64,000 nt of DNA from Promethearchaeia archaeon (GTDB taxonomy: Archaea > Asgardarchaeota > Lokiarchaeia > Sigyniarchaeales > SOKP01): assembly GCA_029856145.1 (NCBI GenBank), contig JAHQWK010000001.1:352001-416000 (forward strand), read 5' to 3'. Shown here piece by piece: positions 30,089 to 39,440 of this stretch. Under the pieces are notes generated by a model. The model was not told the DNA's origin and did no database searches. It was given only the letters and a program-made list of their open reading frames with translations. The stretch's first letter is position 1. Each line of letters opens with the position of its first letter. The position numbers and the translations under genes were made by a program.

Positions 30089-30239
30089 GAAATATTAAAT
30101 TAATTTTTAGAAATATATTTTACACTAATCAATATTATGTTTAAACTTTATAGAATTTGGCAGCAACGAGTAAGTTTAATAACAAATAATTTATAAAATT
30201 TTAAATTTAATACTTTAAAAACTGCATAAGTTGAAAATT

Positions 30240-30989
30240 ATGGCAAAAATAGGAATAATTGGTGGCTCAGGATTAGATAATCCCGACATTTTAAAGAGTG
30301 CTATAGATATACATGTTGATACACCATATGGAAAGCCTACTTCCCCTTTAAGAATTGGGAAGATTAATGATGTTGATGTGGTTCTCATAGCAAGACATGG
30401 AAGAGAGCATATAATTCCTCCCACACAAGTAAATTATAGAGCTAATATACAAGCATTAAAAGATCAAGGGTGCTCCCATATCCTTGCAACAACTGCTTGC
30501 GGGAGTTTAAGAGAAGAGATAGATAGAGGTGATCTAGTTATTCTCGATCAATTTATAGACTTCACCCGTCTCAGAAAAATATCTTTTTTTGAAGAATTTG
30601 CCCCTGGAGATATGAAGCATACACCAATGGCTGATCCTTATTCAGAAAAATTAAGAAAAATTCTTATTGAAACTGCTAAGGAGCTGAATCTTAAACATCA
30701 TGAAGCTGGAACAGTTGTTACCATTGAAGGTCCTAGATTTTCTACAAGAGCAGAATCAAATATGTTTCGGATATGGGGTGCTGATGTGATAAATATGAGT
30801 ATCGCTCCTGAGACTATTTTAGCAAACGAAGCCGGTATTCCATATGCCGCTGTTGCTATGTCTACAGATTATGATTGCTGGAAAGAAGATGAAGCTCCAG
30901 TTACTTGGGAAGAGATATTAGAAATATTTGGCAAAAATGTTGATAGTGTTATCGCTTTATTAACAAATGCTATTAGTAAAATAAAATAA
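30240..30989 (+). CDS. mtnP: S-methyl-5'-thioadenosine phosphorylase
   Basis: IGIIGGSG, ARHGREH, EGPRFSTRAES, STDYDCW. Confidence 0.93.
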   Translation: MAKIGIIGGSGLDNPDILKSAIDIHVDTPYGKPTSPLRIGKINDVDVVLIARHGREHIIPPTQVNYRANIQALKDQGCSHILATTACGSLREEIDRGDLVILDQFIDFTRLRKISFFEEFAPGDMKHTPMADPYSEKLRKILIETAKELNLKHHEAGTVVTIEGPRFSTRAESNMFRIWGADVINMSIAPETILANEAGIPYAAVAMSTDYDCWKEDEAPVTWEEILEIFGKNVDSVIALLTNAISKIK

Positions 30990-31176
30990 CTATTAACTTT
31001 CTTGGTAACTGTTTCCTATTTTTTTTCTTCTTGAACCAATAATGATTAATTAATATAAAAAAGAAGTCTTTATTGCTATTTTTAGGAATTTTTAAAAAAG
31101 TTGATATTTCTTAATTGTTTTTTTAAAATAATATGTTTTTATGATATTTAGAGCTAATTTTTAATTTCTTTAAAAT

Positions 31177-32484
31177 ATGACAAAAATATCCTTTTTGGGA
31201 AGTTGCAGAGAAGTTGGGCGTTCATGTATTTTAGTTGAATCAAATAGTGGCTCAAAATGCTTATTAGATTATGGTATTAGATTCAATAACGATAATAGAC
31301 TACCACTTAAAGCAGATTTATCTAATTTGAAATCAATTGCTCTTACTCACAGTCATGTGGATCATTCAGGAGCATTACCATTTATATATAAAACACATAA
31401 AGTTCCATTCTTTACTAATTCAATTTCACTAGAAATTGCTGAACTCTTAATAAGAGATATGATAAAAATTTCAAAATTTCCATATCCATTTGGTTTCAGA
31501 GAATTAGATCTTTTAAGGCAAAATTCTTATTTTCTTAAGAATGGTATTCGTCAAAAGATAGATGATAATTTTTTTATAACTTTTATTGATGCTGGGCACA
31601 TACCTGGAAGTGTTTCAATTTTACTTGAAGTCGATAATAAACGTATATTTTATTCTGGAGATATAAATACTCAAAAAACTAATTTAATCAATCCTGCTAA
31701 TTATATGGATGTACCTGAATTGGATGCTTTGATTATTGAGTCCACTTATGCTTTAAAAGAACATCCCCCAAGAAAATTACTTGAGGAAAAATTTATAGAG
31801 AAAGTTATTGAGATTACTGAAAATGGTGGGAAAGTCTTAATTCCTGCCTTTGGTGTTGCTCGTTCACAAGAAGCGTTGTTGATTTTAGAAAAATACAACT
31901 ATACTGGTAAAATTTTTATAGATGGACTAGCTAGAAAAGTCTCTAACATCTATTTAGAGTATCCAGAGTTTATTAAAGATATAAAAGCTTTTAGAAAAAT
32001 TCTAAAGAAGGCTGAATTCATCTTAAAGAAGAAAGATAGATTGCATGTAAAAAAATCAAAGGGAGTTATTATATCTCCTTCTGGTATGCTTAAAGGAGGT
32101 GCCGCAATAGACTATATAGAAACAATCTTAAACGATCCAGCATCAGCTGTTTATTTAGTAGGATACCAAGTGGAAGGAAGCCCTGGTAGGGGTTTATTAG
32201 ATACGGGAATTTTTGAATTTAAAGAATCACGAAAGAAAAAAAATATGTTTAATAATTTTCAAATTGAAGCGAAATGTGATTATGATTATTTTGATTTTTC
32301 TAGTCATGCTGATAGTTTGCATCTTTATAAATACGTAGAGAACCTAGAATTTCGAAATAAAAATCATAATAATATATTTTGCATTCATGGTGATAATAAA
32401 TCAACTACAACATTTGCAAGTGAATTGGTGAAAAAAGGTTATAATTCAGTTGCTCCAGAAATTGGAGAAATTTATAAATTATAG
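31177..32484 (+). CDS. Metallo-beta-lactamase/beta-CASP ribonuclease (aCPSF-like, no KH domains)
   Basis: EVGRS, THSHVDHSG, AGHIPGS, IESTY, FSSHAD, IHGD. Confidence 0.9.
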   Translation: MTKISFLGSCREVGRSCILVESNSGSKCLLDYGIRFNNDNRLPLKADLSNLKSIALTHSHVDHSGALPFIYKTHKVPFFTNSISLEIAELLIRDMIKISKFPYPFGFRELDLLRQNSYFLKNGIRQKIDDNFFITFIDAGHIPGSVSILLEVDNKRIFYSGDINTQKTNLINPANYMDVPELDALIIESTYALKEHPPRKLLEEKFIEKVIEITENGGKVLIPAFGVARSQEALLILEKYNYTGKIFIDGLARKVSNIYLEYPEFIKDIKAFRKILKKAEFILKKKDRLHVKKSKGVIISPSGMLKGGAAIDYIETILNDPASAVYLVGYQVEGSPGRGLLDTGIFEFKESRKKKNMFNNFQIEAKCDYDYFDFSSHADSLHLYKYVENLEFRNKNHNNIFCIHGDNKSTTTFASELVKKGYNSVAPEIGEIYKL

Positions 32485-32508
32485 ATTTTTAACTTGCTTC
32501 ATTCTTAT

Positions 32509-34029
32509 TTATTTTCCATGTAACTGCTTTCGAATTGCTAAATTACAATTTTCTAAATAAATTTCTACTTTATCTACGGGGATTTTTGTACCAGCAGCTG
32601 GTGGGTGACCTCCTCCTAATACATCTAAACCTGTTTGTTCACATGCTTCTCTAATTGCTTTTGAAAGATTTACTCCTTTATTCACAATCATTTGATGTGC
32701 TCGCCCAGAAACTTTATAGACATTTTCATCTTCTCTTTTTGCTAGGCCAAAAATAGGTTTTGATATATCAAATCCTTCACTGTTTTCAAAAACCAACATT
32801 GAAGCAATTGTTCCAACCATAGTATCTGGAATAATATCTTCAGCGAGAAAATATTGAATGTATTCCTTTTGTTGAATTTTATTATTATCTTTAAGCCATA
32901 TAAGACTCTTGAATAGTGTTTTTTTGTAATTTAAAAGAATCTCTTGAGATTTTTGATAAGAACTTTTTCTATCACCCATAGCTATAGCAATCCCTAATGA
33001 AGCATGATTTAATCGTCCACAAGCATTTAAGAGATTGGAAAACTCCGCGGCATCATATAAATCCGTGCCTACTGCTTCATTTTTTAATAGGAATCTATTT
33101 ATAATTAATTTCTCAATAATTTTACTAGGTTCAATATCAAGTTTTAAGGACCCATATTCAATGATAGCAGAAGAAATCTTTTGTTTCTCATCATTATTAA
33201 GCTCATTTAGAGCCTTTATATTACCTTTTGAATTTTCCATTAATATCCCTAAAGTTTTTAAAAATATTAAAGTTCTATTGACATCACCAGTTAACCCTGG
33301 TAAATTTATTTCCTTAGAATATGCAATTGCTTCATTTAATGGTTTTATTGAAGAAAAATTCAAATCACTTTTTATTTCAATAAATCCGAAATTCTTAGCA
33401 TCATCTAAAATTAGTGAATTTAAACCAAAAAATGATTTATTTGGGCCTTGATTTTGAATATCCCCAATAGCTCCAATAATTGCATTACATGACAAGTCAA
33501 TATTATTTTCATTTAAACATTTTGCAAAAAAATAACTTAATCCTGCCCCAGATACCTCTGAACTTCCATCAAATCCATAAAAATAAGGATTCACGTGCCA
33601 TTGATAAGTTTTATTAAAGATTTCTTTGAGTAAATCAGTATCTTCTTTAGTGGATATATTCTGTGGAAGATGATGATCTAGTATGATAAAAGAATTAAAT
33701 TTTTCTTTCAATATCAATTCATTTTGAAGTTCTAGGTATTGACCACTTCCAAAATCAGTAAAAATTAAAAATTTATTAAGACTCTTCACATCTTTCGAGA
33801 TATTACTGATAGTTTCTTTTTCTAATTGTTTTAAAACAGTAATCTGAAATGGAAGATTTTCTCGAATGAGAGCTTTGCCTAGAATTGCTCCTCCACTTAA
33901 TCCATCAGCATCTAAATGAGTATATATATGAATAGATGATTTATTTTCCTGAATAGAATCAATAAATTTATTCCTTACAATCTTTATAGCTTTATAGAAT
34001 TTTTCAAATTTATTCGTCAATTTCTTCAT
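32509..34029 (-). CDS. Archaeal RecJ/GAN-like DHH-DHHA1 phosphoesterase
   Basis: HLDADG, TDFGSG, LDHH, GAIGD, LLNACGR, GGGHPPAAG. Confidence 0.9.
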   Translation of the reverse strand: MKKLTNKFEKFYKAIKIVRNKFIDSIQENKSSIHIYTHLDADGLSGGAILGKALIRENLPFQITVLKQLEKETISNISKDVKSLNKFLIFTDFGSGQYLELQNELILKEKFNSFIILDHHLPQNISTKEDTDLLKEIFNKTYQWHVNPYFYGFDGSSEVSGAGLSYFFAKCLNENNIDLSCNAIIGAIGDIQNQGPNKSFFGLNSLILDDAKNFGFIEIKSDLNFSSIKPLNEAIAYSKEINLPGLTGDVNRTLIFLKTLGILMENSKGNIKALNELNNDEKQKISSAIIEYGSLKLDIEPSKIIEKLIINRFLLKNEAVGTDLYDAAEFSNLLNACGRLNHASLGIAIAMGDRKSSYQKSQEILLNYKKTLFKSLIWLKDNNKIQQKEYIQYFLAEDIIPDTMVGTIASMLVFENSEGFDISKPIFGLAKREDENVYKVSGRAHQMIVNKGVNLSKAIREACEQTGLDVLGGGHPPAAGTKIPVDKVEIYLENCNLAIRKQLHGK

Positions 34030-34129
34030 TTTATATAGAAGTAGCAAAATTAATAATATATTATATTAAATTATCAAATTAATAATAAATACTCAATTAA
34101 AAAAAGTAAATTTAATAAGGTGAAATTAA

Positions 34130-35125
34130 GTGCATCATGTAAGGATAAATGATTTAGCAAGACAAATCGTTGAAGATATCGTCGAAAATAAAGATCATTA
34201 TAATGCAGAGATTCATAAATTAGATAATGGAGCAACCGTTCTTGATATGTCTAAGGCATCTTGGACTGGAGGAAAATTAGTTGGAGAAATATGTATGGGA
34301 GGTTTAGGGACGATTGAATTTTCTTCTTATAATTTAGATGGTCATTTCATACCTAGTGTTAATGTTTATACTTCAGAACCACTAATATCATGCATGGCTT
34401 CTCAGTTGGCAGGATGGAGCATTAAATTAAAAAAAGATATTGAAAAGGATGGTCAAATAAAGAAAAAAGTAGTTTTTCAATCCCTAGGATCTGGACCCGC
34501 TCGAGCTAAGAGTAAAGTAGAGAAAATATTTGATGAATTGGATTATACAGATGATTCGAATTGTGCCGTTATTGTTTTTGAGACTCCAAAATTGCCAAAT
34601 GAAGAAGTAATGGATATTGTAGCTAAAAAATGTGGTGTTGATTCAAATGATACATATGCTGTTTGTGCTCCAACAGCGTGTTTGGTAGGTTCTATACAAG
34701 TGGCTGCTAGAATTGTAGAAACTGGAATCCATAAATTACATGAAATTAAATTTCCATTAAATCTAATAAGTGATGGTTTTGGTAGTGCTACAATCGCTCC
34801 TATTGCCCAAGATGATCTTGGTGCAATGGGACGTACAAACGATTCAATAAGTGCTGCTGGTTTAACATATTATAATATTCATGTTGAAAAAGAACGAGAA
34901 GTTGAGTTATTTGAACTGCTTAAAAAAGCACCCGCGAATACATCTTCTAGTTATGGAAAACCGTTTTTTGAAACCTTTAAAGCTGCAGATTATAAATTTT
35001 ATGATATTGATCCAGGATTATTTGCTCCAGCAATATATACGGTCACAAATACTAAAACAGGGAATTGCTTAACTGTTGGAAGAGTAAATAATGAACTTTT
35101 AAAACAATCTTATGGATTGGATTAA
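34130..35125 (+). CDS. mch: Methenyl-H4MPT cyclohydrolase
   Basis: ICMGGLG, SQLAGW, GSGPARA, QVAARIVETG, AMGRTND, DPGLFAPA. Confidence 0.96.
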   Translation: MHHVRINDLARQIVEDIVENKDHYNAEIHKLDNGATVLDMSKASWTGGKLVGEICMGGLGTIEFSSYNLDGHFIPSVNVYTSEPLISCMASQLAGWSIKLKKDIEKDGQIKKKVVFQSLGSGPARAKSKVEKIFDELDYTDDSNCAVIVFETPKLPNEEVMDIVAKKCGVDSNDTYAVCAPTACLVGSIQVAARIVETGIHKLHEIKFPLNLISDGFGSATIAPIAQDDLGAMGRTNDSISAAGLTYYNIHVEKEREVELFELLKKAPANTSSSYGKPFFETFKAADYKFYDIDPGLFAPAIYTVTNTKTGNCLTVGRVNNELLKQSYGLD

Positions 35126-35210
35126 GGATAAGCCAAAAAGTTTTAAGAAAAAATAACAATTTTATTTAATTCTTAATTTTCATGGTTTTTTTAACAAAAA
35201 TAAAGAAAGA

Positions 35211-36278
35211 TCACATGTTCATTAGTTCTTCTTCATACTTAATAATCTCATCATTAGAGATATCTCTATCAAATTTAATCTTTTTCTGAATTCCTAAGTA
35301 GGCACAAGCAAGTTTGGCAGCAGCAGCAACTTCTGCCTTTTTAAGAGTGATAGAATATTCATCTTGTTGAATTGGATCTTCTTGATAAAGACTTTCTTGA
35401 AATTTCTTATCCTGAACTCGAAGAACACGGTCAATTTTCATTTTATATAACAACGAAGCCATTTTATTGGCAGCTTTAAAAGGCAATTGATTTTTAACAA
35501 CCAATCGTATAATATTATTTACATCAAAATAATTTAGAGTCTCAAATTTAGCCCGCAGAAAACTTTTAAGATTTTCAGAATTCTTTTCACATTCAATTTC
35601 CATCCAATCATGTATGGCCAGTTTTCTTCTAAAAAATATTAATTCCCAATCAATATTTAGTTCCTTTAATAAATCAAATATCATATCATCATTGGATTTC
35701 CTCGATTCTATTATTATATAAAGCTGAAGTCCATAGTACTTATGTTCTTGTTGAAGAAAAAATCCTCTTTGTTGCATAGAAGCAAGGATTAGAACTTTTA
35801 TGGAATATACATTTTCTGAAAGATTCTTTTTCTCGCAATTTAGATATATAACATTACCCTCCTCACTGATAAATTCGCTATCTAAAAAGCCTAAAATACT
35901 TTCCTTGTTATCCTTGATAAAAGCCATTAATCCACTAAGAGTTGGTTTCACATCAAATTTAATCAAATCATTTTCTTCAATTGTCACATAATCGTGGAAA
36001 TTACTACCAATTGCTAATTTAATGGAATTTAATTTAAGTTCTTTATCACTACCAAACACCTTCTGAAATGCATCATTTATCGGAAAAACCTCTTCTTCCA
36101 AAATTTTTATATCCGCAATAGAACTCTCATAAGGTTCTGGTTCATTTAACATTTTATTCAATACTGGTGCTTCCGAAGCATCAACCTCGATCTCATAAGA
36201 TTTTGCTAAATCTTTTCGAATAATATAGAAAGACCTTTTCTTTTTAGTATAGATAGAAAGTGATAGATAGTCATCCAA
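35211..36278 (-). CDS. Uncharacterised protein
   Basis: 355-aa ORF with genome-typical composition. Frame stays open upstream to 36350 (possible ATT start at 36344). Confidence 0.7.
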   Translation of the reverse strand: MDDYLSLSIYTKKKRSFYIIRKDLAKSYEIEVDASEAPVLNKMLNEPEPYESSIADIKILEEEVFPINDAFQKVFGSDKELKLNSIKLAIGSNFHDYVTIEENDLIKFDVKPTLSGLMAFIKDNKESILGFLDSEFISEEGNVIYLNCEKKNLSENVYSIKVLILASMQQRGFFLQQEHKYYGLQLYIIIESRKSNDDMIFDLLKELNIDWELIFFRRKLAIHDWMEIECEKNSENLKSFLRAKFETLNYFDVNNIIRLVVKNQLPFKAANKMASLLYKMKIDRVLRVQDKKFQESLYQEDPIQQDEYSITLKKAEVAAAAKLACAYLGIQKKIKFDRDISNDEIIKYEEELMNM

Positions 36279-36543
36279 TACTGCCCGAAATTTTTCTATA
36301 AATTTACCTTCTGAATTTACTGACCCAATCTTTCTTCTTCGAATTATAAATCAACCAAATATTGTTAAAAATATCTTACTTCTATTAATTAATGTATAAA
36401 ATTTTTATCTTAAATTCTTATCTAAAATGTAATATAAGATTATTAATTAAAAAATAAAACACATTAAAGGGAAAGTAATTTTTTAAAATAAAGTTTGGAG
36501 ATCAATTTTTGCCCATAAAATAAGTCTTCTTTATATTACATTC

Positions 36544-36711
36544 TTATTCTAAGAAATAAATCTCTCCCTTCTTAACATATACGATTGTAGAACCGAAATT
36601 ATTACGTATGGTGTACTTATCTCCTTGGACATCTAATATTTCTATAGAATAAGACATTCTTCTTTGCTTCATTATGTCTTCAATAATTTTTTTTTCTTCT
36701 TGTGCATCCAT
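36544..36711 (-). CDS. Small hypothetical protein (55 aa, absent from ORF track)
   Basis: Manual translation: MDAQEEKKIIEDIMKQRRMSYSIEILDVQGDKYTIRNNFGSTIVYVKKGEIYFLE. Protein-like helix-then-beta pattern inside a 1-kb gap. Confidence 0.6.
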   Translation of the reverse strand: MDAQEEKKIIEDIMKQRRMSYSIEILDVQGDKYTIRNNFGSTIVYVKKGEIYFLE

Positions 36712-37202
36712 GATTTTGAGTTATTAATCACTGCAAAAAAATTTTATTATTTTATTATTTGATCAAGAAAAGAAATTAGCGAATTTTAAGTCAAAATCAG
36801 CTTTCTTTTTAATAAAAATTAAAAATAGATAACAGTTTTAATTATAAAATTATATCAGGTATTTATAATAAATTTAGACTAATATTCAATCAATATGTTA
36901 AGAAAATTAAATAAAAGTAAAGCATAGGATCGAAAGTTCATTGATTATGCACATTATAAATACAACTTTAAGCGATAAAAAGATATATTCATCCAAATTT
37001 TCAATTAGGAAAACTTTATGCAATGTTAAAAAATCTATGAGAAAAAACTCTTTCCATCAAAATCCTTGTATTTATCCCCTCTTTAGAAAAATTAGAATTA
37101 ATAAAATTCATTGTAGAATTAATAACCTCAATTTTATAGTTTATTGTCCTTATTAAAAAATCGATTTTTTTTTATTAAATCTTACATATTTTTATATATT
37201 AA

Positions 37203-37230
37203 AAAACATGTTTATATAAAACATATGTTT
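37203..37230 (+). promoter_or_regulatory. TATA-like box flanked by two palindromes (AAACATGTTT, AAACATATGTTT)
   Basis: Sequence aaaacatgtttatataaaacatatgttt lies about 55-80 bp upstream of the glycosyltransferase start. Confidence 0.4.
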
Positions 37231-37282
37231 CTTAAACTAATAGAATTGTCTTAAAGCTTTATTCTTTTATATCTGATATAAC

Positions 37283-38533
37283 ATGGTTAAACAGAAATTA
37301 GATATTGGATTTTTCACCTCGATGTATTCACAAGTTAATGGTACTGCCATTGCTTGCAGAAATCTTGCTGAAGGTATCGCAAAATATACAGGACATAACG
37401 TTCATGTATTCGCACCGGGTATCCAAAGACCTAAAACCAAATCAAAGAATCTACACCTCTACAACTTTTTTGGTGCGAAAATTGGGTCTAAAACTGGTTT
37501 TGTACTAAGTTTTCCGATACACAAATATTTTTTCTGTTCCCATGATTATCTAGATATGGTACATATTCATACACATGCCAGTTATGGGTCTATGGCAATT
37601 AATTGGGCAAAATATTTGGGTATTCCAATGACTGGAACCCATAATTCTCCGCTTAGTTATTATACCGCACAATATATTCCCATCTTTGGTAAACTTCTTT
37701 CGAGGATGGATTGGGTATGGCGCTATGAAAGACATATCTTAGATAAATATGACCTTGTTTCGGTTCCAACTAAATCTAAAAAAAATTTACTTAGAGATCA
37801 AAGATTTAAAGAACCAATTGTATGTTTAACTAATGGTATTTCAGATTTATATTTTAAAGATGTAAAAGAAAATGGAATACGAGATAAATATAATTTGGAC
37901 AATAAAAAGATTCTTTTATATGCTTCTAGATTGTCTCCTGAGAAGCATCAATTAAGTATTATTAAATCATTTAGAAAAATCCAAAAAGAAGTACCAGATT
38001 CACATTTAGTTCTTGTAGGGAGTGATGGACCTTCTAGTTCTCATGTTAAGAAGTTGATTAAGAAGAAGCATTATAAAGATATTGTTTCTTACTTGGGTCG
38101 AGTACCTTTTACAGATCTATTAAAATTGTATAACACGGCAGATTTAGCTTGCCTTTGGTCATGGATTGAAGCGGAAGGTTTAGTTTTGATTGAAGCAATG
38201 GCACAAGGAACGCCTTGTGTAGGTGCGAATGCTATCGGAATTTCAAATGTAATTAGGCATGGAAAAACAGGATACCTTGCCAATGATCTTGACGATTTTA
38301 AGAATAAAGTGGTAAAAATATTTAAAGATGATGATTTAAGAGCAGAGATGGGCATGAATGCTAAAATGCTAGCTCGAAATTATCGAATATCTAAGGTAGC
38401 TAAAACTTGGATAAAACTCTATAAATTTACAATAAATGAACTTTACCCACTGCGTTATTATAAAAAAGAAAGAAAAGAACGAGTTGAATTGGTTAAGGAA
38501 TTTGTTCACAAATTACCTATTGTTTCATTTTAA
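37283..38533 (+). CDS. GT4 glycosyltransferase (monoglucosyl-diacylglycerol synthase-like)
   Basis: VNGTA, HIHT, GTHNS, SRLSPEK, EAEGLVLIEAMAQG. Confidence 0.88.
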   Translation: MVKQKLDIGFFTSMYSQVNGTAIACRNLAEGIAKYTGHNVHVFAPGIQRPKTKSKNLHLYNFFGAKIGSKTGFVLSFPIHKYFFCSHDYLDMVHIHTHASYGSMAINWAKYLGIPMTGTHNSPLSYYTAQYIPIFGKLLSRMDWVWRYERHILDKYDLVSVPTKSKKNLLRDQRFKEPIVCLTNGISDLYFKDVKENGIRDKYNLDNKKILLYASRLSPEKHQLSIIKSFRKIQKEVPDSHLVLVGSDGPSSSHVKKLIKKKHYKDIVSYLGRVPFTDLLKLYNTADLACLWSWIEAEGLVLIEAMAQGTPCVGANAIGISNVIRHGKTGYLANDLDDFKNKVVKIFKDDDLRAEMGMNAKMLARNYRISKVAKTWIKLYKFTINELYPLRYYKKERKERVELVKEFVHKLPIVSF

Positions 38534-38540
38534 ATTCTCT

Positions 38541-39287
38541 TTAGAAATTATGTTGTGTTCTAATTTGTTCTAATTTTGTTTTACAATTATTACAAAAATC
38601 AAATGACTTTTCATCAATTTTTTTTACATCATGAGAGAATCTCATAACACATGAATTTTTGAGACAATGGTCTGGACCTAATATGATATGTCCAATTTCG
38701 TGAATTACTTCTTTAATAACTCGCTGCTCAAAAATTTTAAAATTTGCTAATCTATTATAGAACTGTTCTTTTAACTTTAATGATGATATTACACAACAAC
38801 GATGTTTTAAATGTGTTTCTCCAAATAAAAATAGAATATTATCATCACTACTAGAATATAAAGGAAGATCAGTAACTGCAATTATCATTCCAAGGTTTTC
38901 TTCTATTCTTTTATTTATTAAAATCTGATAAAACTTATTAGTAGGATGTATCTTAATTCTACCCGAAGTTTTTTTTATTTCTCCATATTCGGTTTTAACA
39001 CCTTTAGAGATTAATTCAAAAGAAAAATTGTAAGTCCCTAAATTTCTGATAGTAAAAAAAAAAGAATCAAACACTTGAGTTAAATAATGCTTTATTTTTT
39101 CAAAAAGAGCTTTATCATATTCTCCAAAAAATAGAATTCCTATATGACACGGCAATAAAAGCTTTTTTGGTATTTCATTATCTAATTCAAATTCGTCAGT
39201 ATAAGATATTCCTATTCTTGTAATTAGTTTTTTTAATTTATCTTTATATCTGCGAATTTTTTGCTCATATTTCTGAAATCTTGGCAT
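38541..39287 (-). CDS. Archaemetzincin-family Zn metalloprotease
   Basis: KEVIHEIGHIILGPDHC-x4-CVMRFS...FCNNC. Confidence 0.88.
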   Translation of the reverse strand: MPRFQKYEQKIRRYKDKLKKLITRIGISYTDEFELDNEIPKKLLLPCHIGILFFGEYDKALFEKIKHYLTQVFDSFFFTIRNLGTYNFSFELISKGVKTEYGEIKKTSGRIKIHPTNKFYQILINKRIEENLGMIIAVTDLPLYSSSDDNILFLFGETHLKHRCCVISSLKLKEQFYNRLANFKIFEQRVIKEVIHEIGHIILGPDHCLKNSCVMRFSHDVKKIDEKSFDFCNNCKTKLEQIRTQHNF

Positions 39288-39440
39288 TATCAGAGTTTTA
39301 AAAGTTACGTTCTATAAGAAGTTTCTTTCATTGAATAAAATTGAAATAGTGGGTTTAAATTTATTATTAATAGGTATTTAAGTCATAAATTCTATTATAA
39401 ATTAGATTAATTATTTTTTTACTATCAATTTTATGAAAAC

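Noticed and set aside
31177-34029. Beta-CASP nuclease plus DHH nuclease as a defence system
   Set aside because: Both look like housekeeping archaeal families, are convergently transcribed, and lack any accessory or mobile context.
25320-35125. Methanogenesis inferred from ftr/mtd/mch
   Set aside because: No mcr or mtr genes in the window, and these genes also serve the H4MPT Wood-Ljungdahl/C1-oxidation branch in non-methanogens.
36941-37156. 71-aa ORF in the intergenic gap
   Set aside because: TTG start, composition like translated AT-rich spacer and no motif. The opposite-strand mini-ORFs are equally unsupported.
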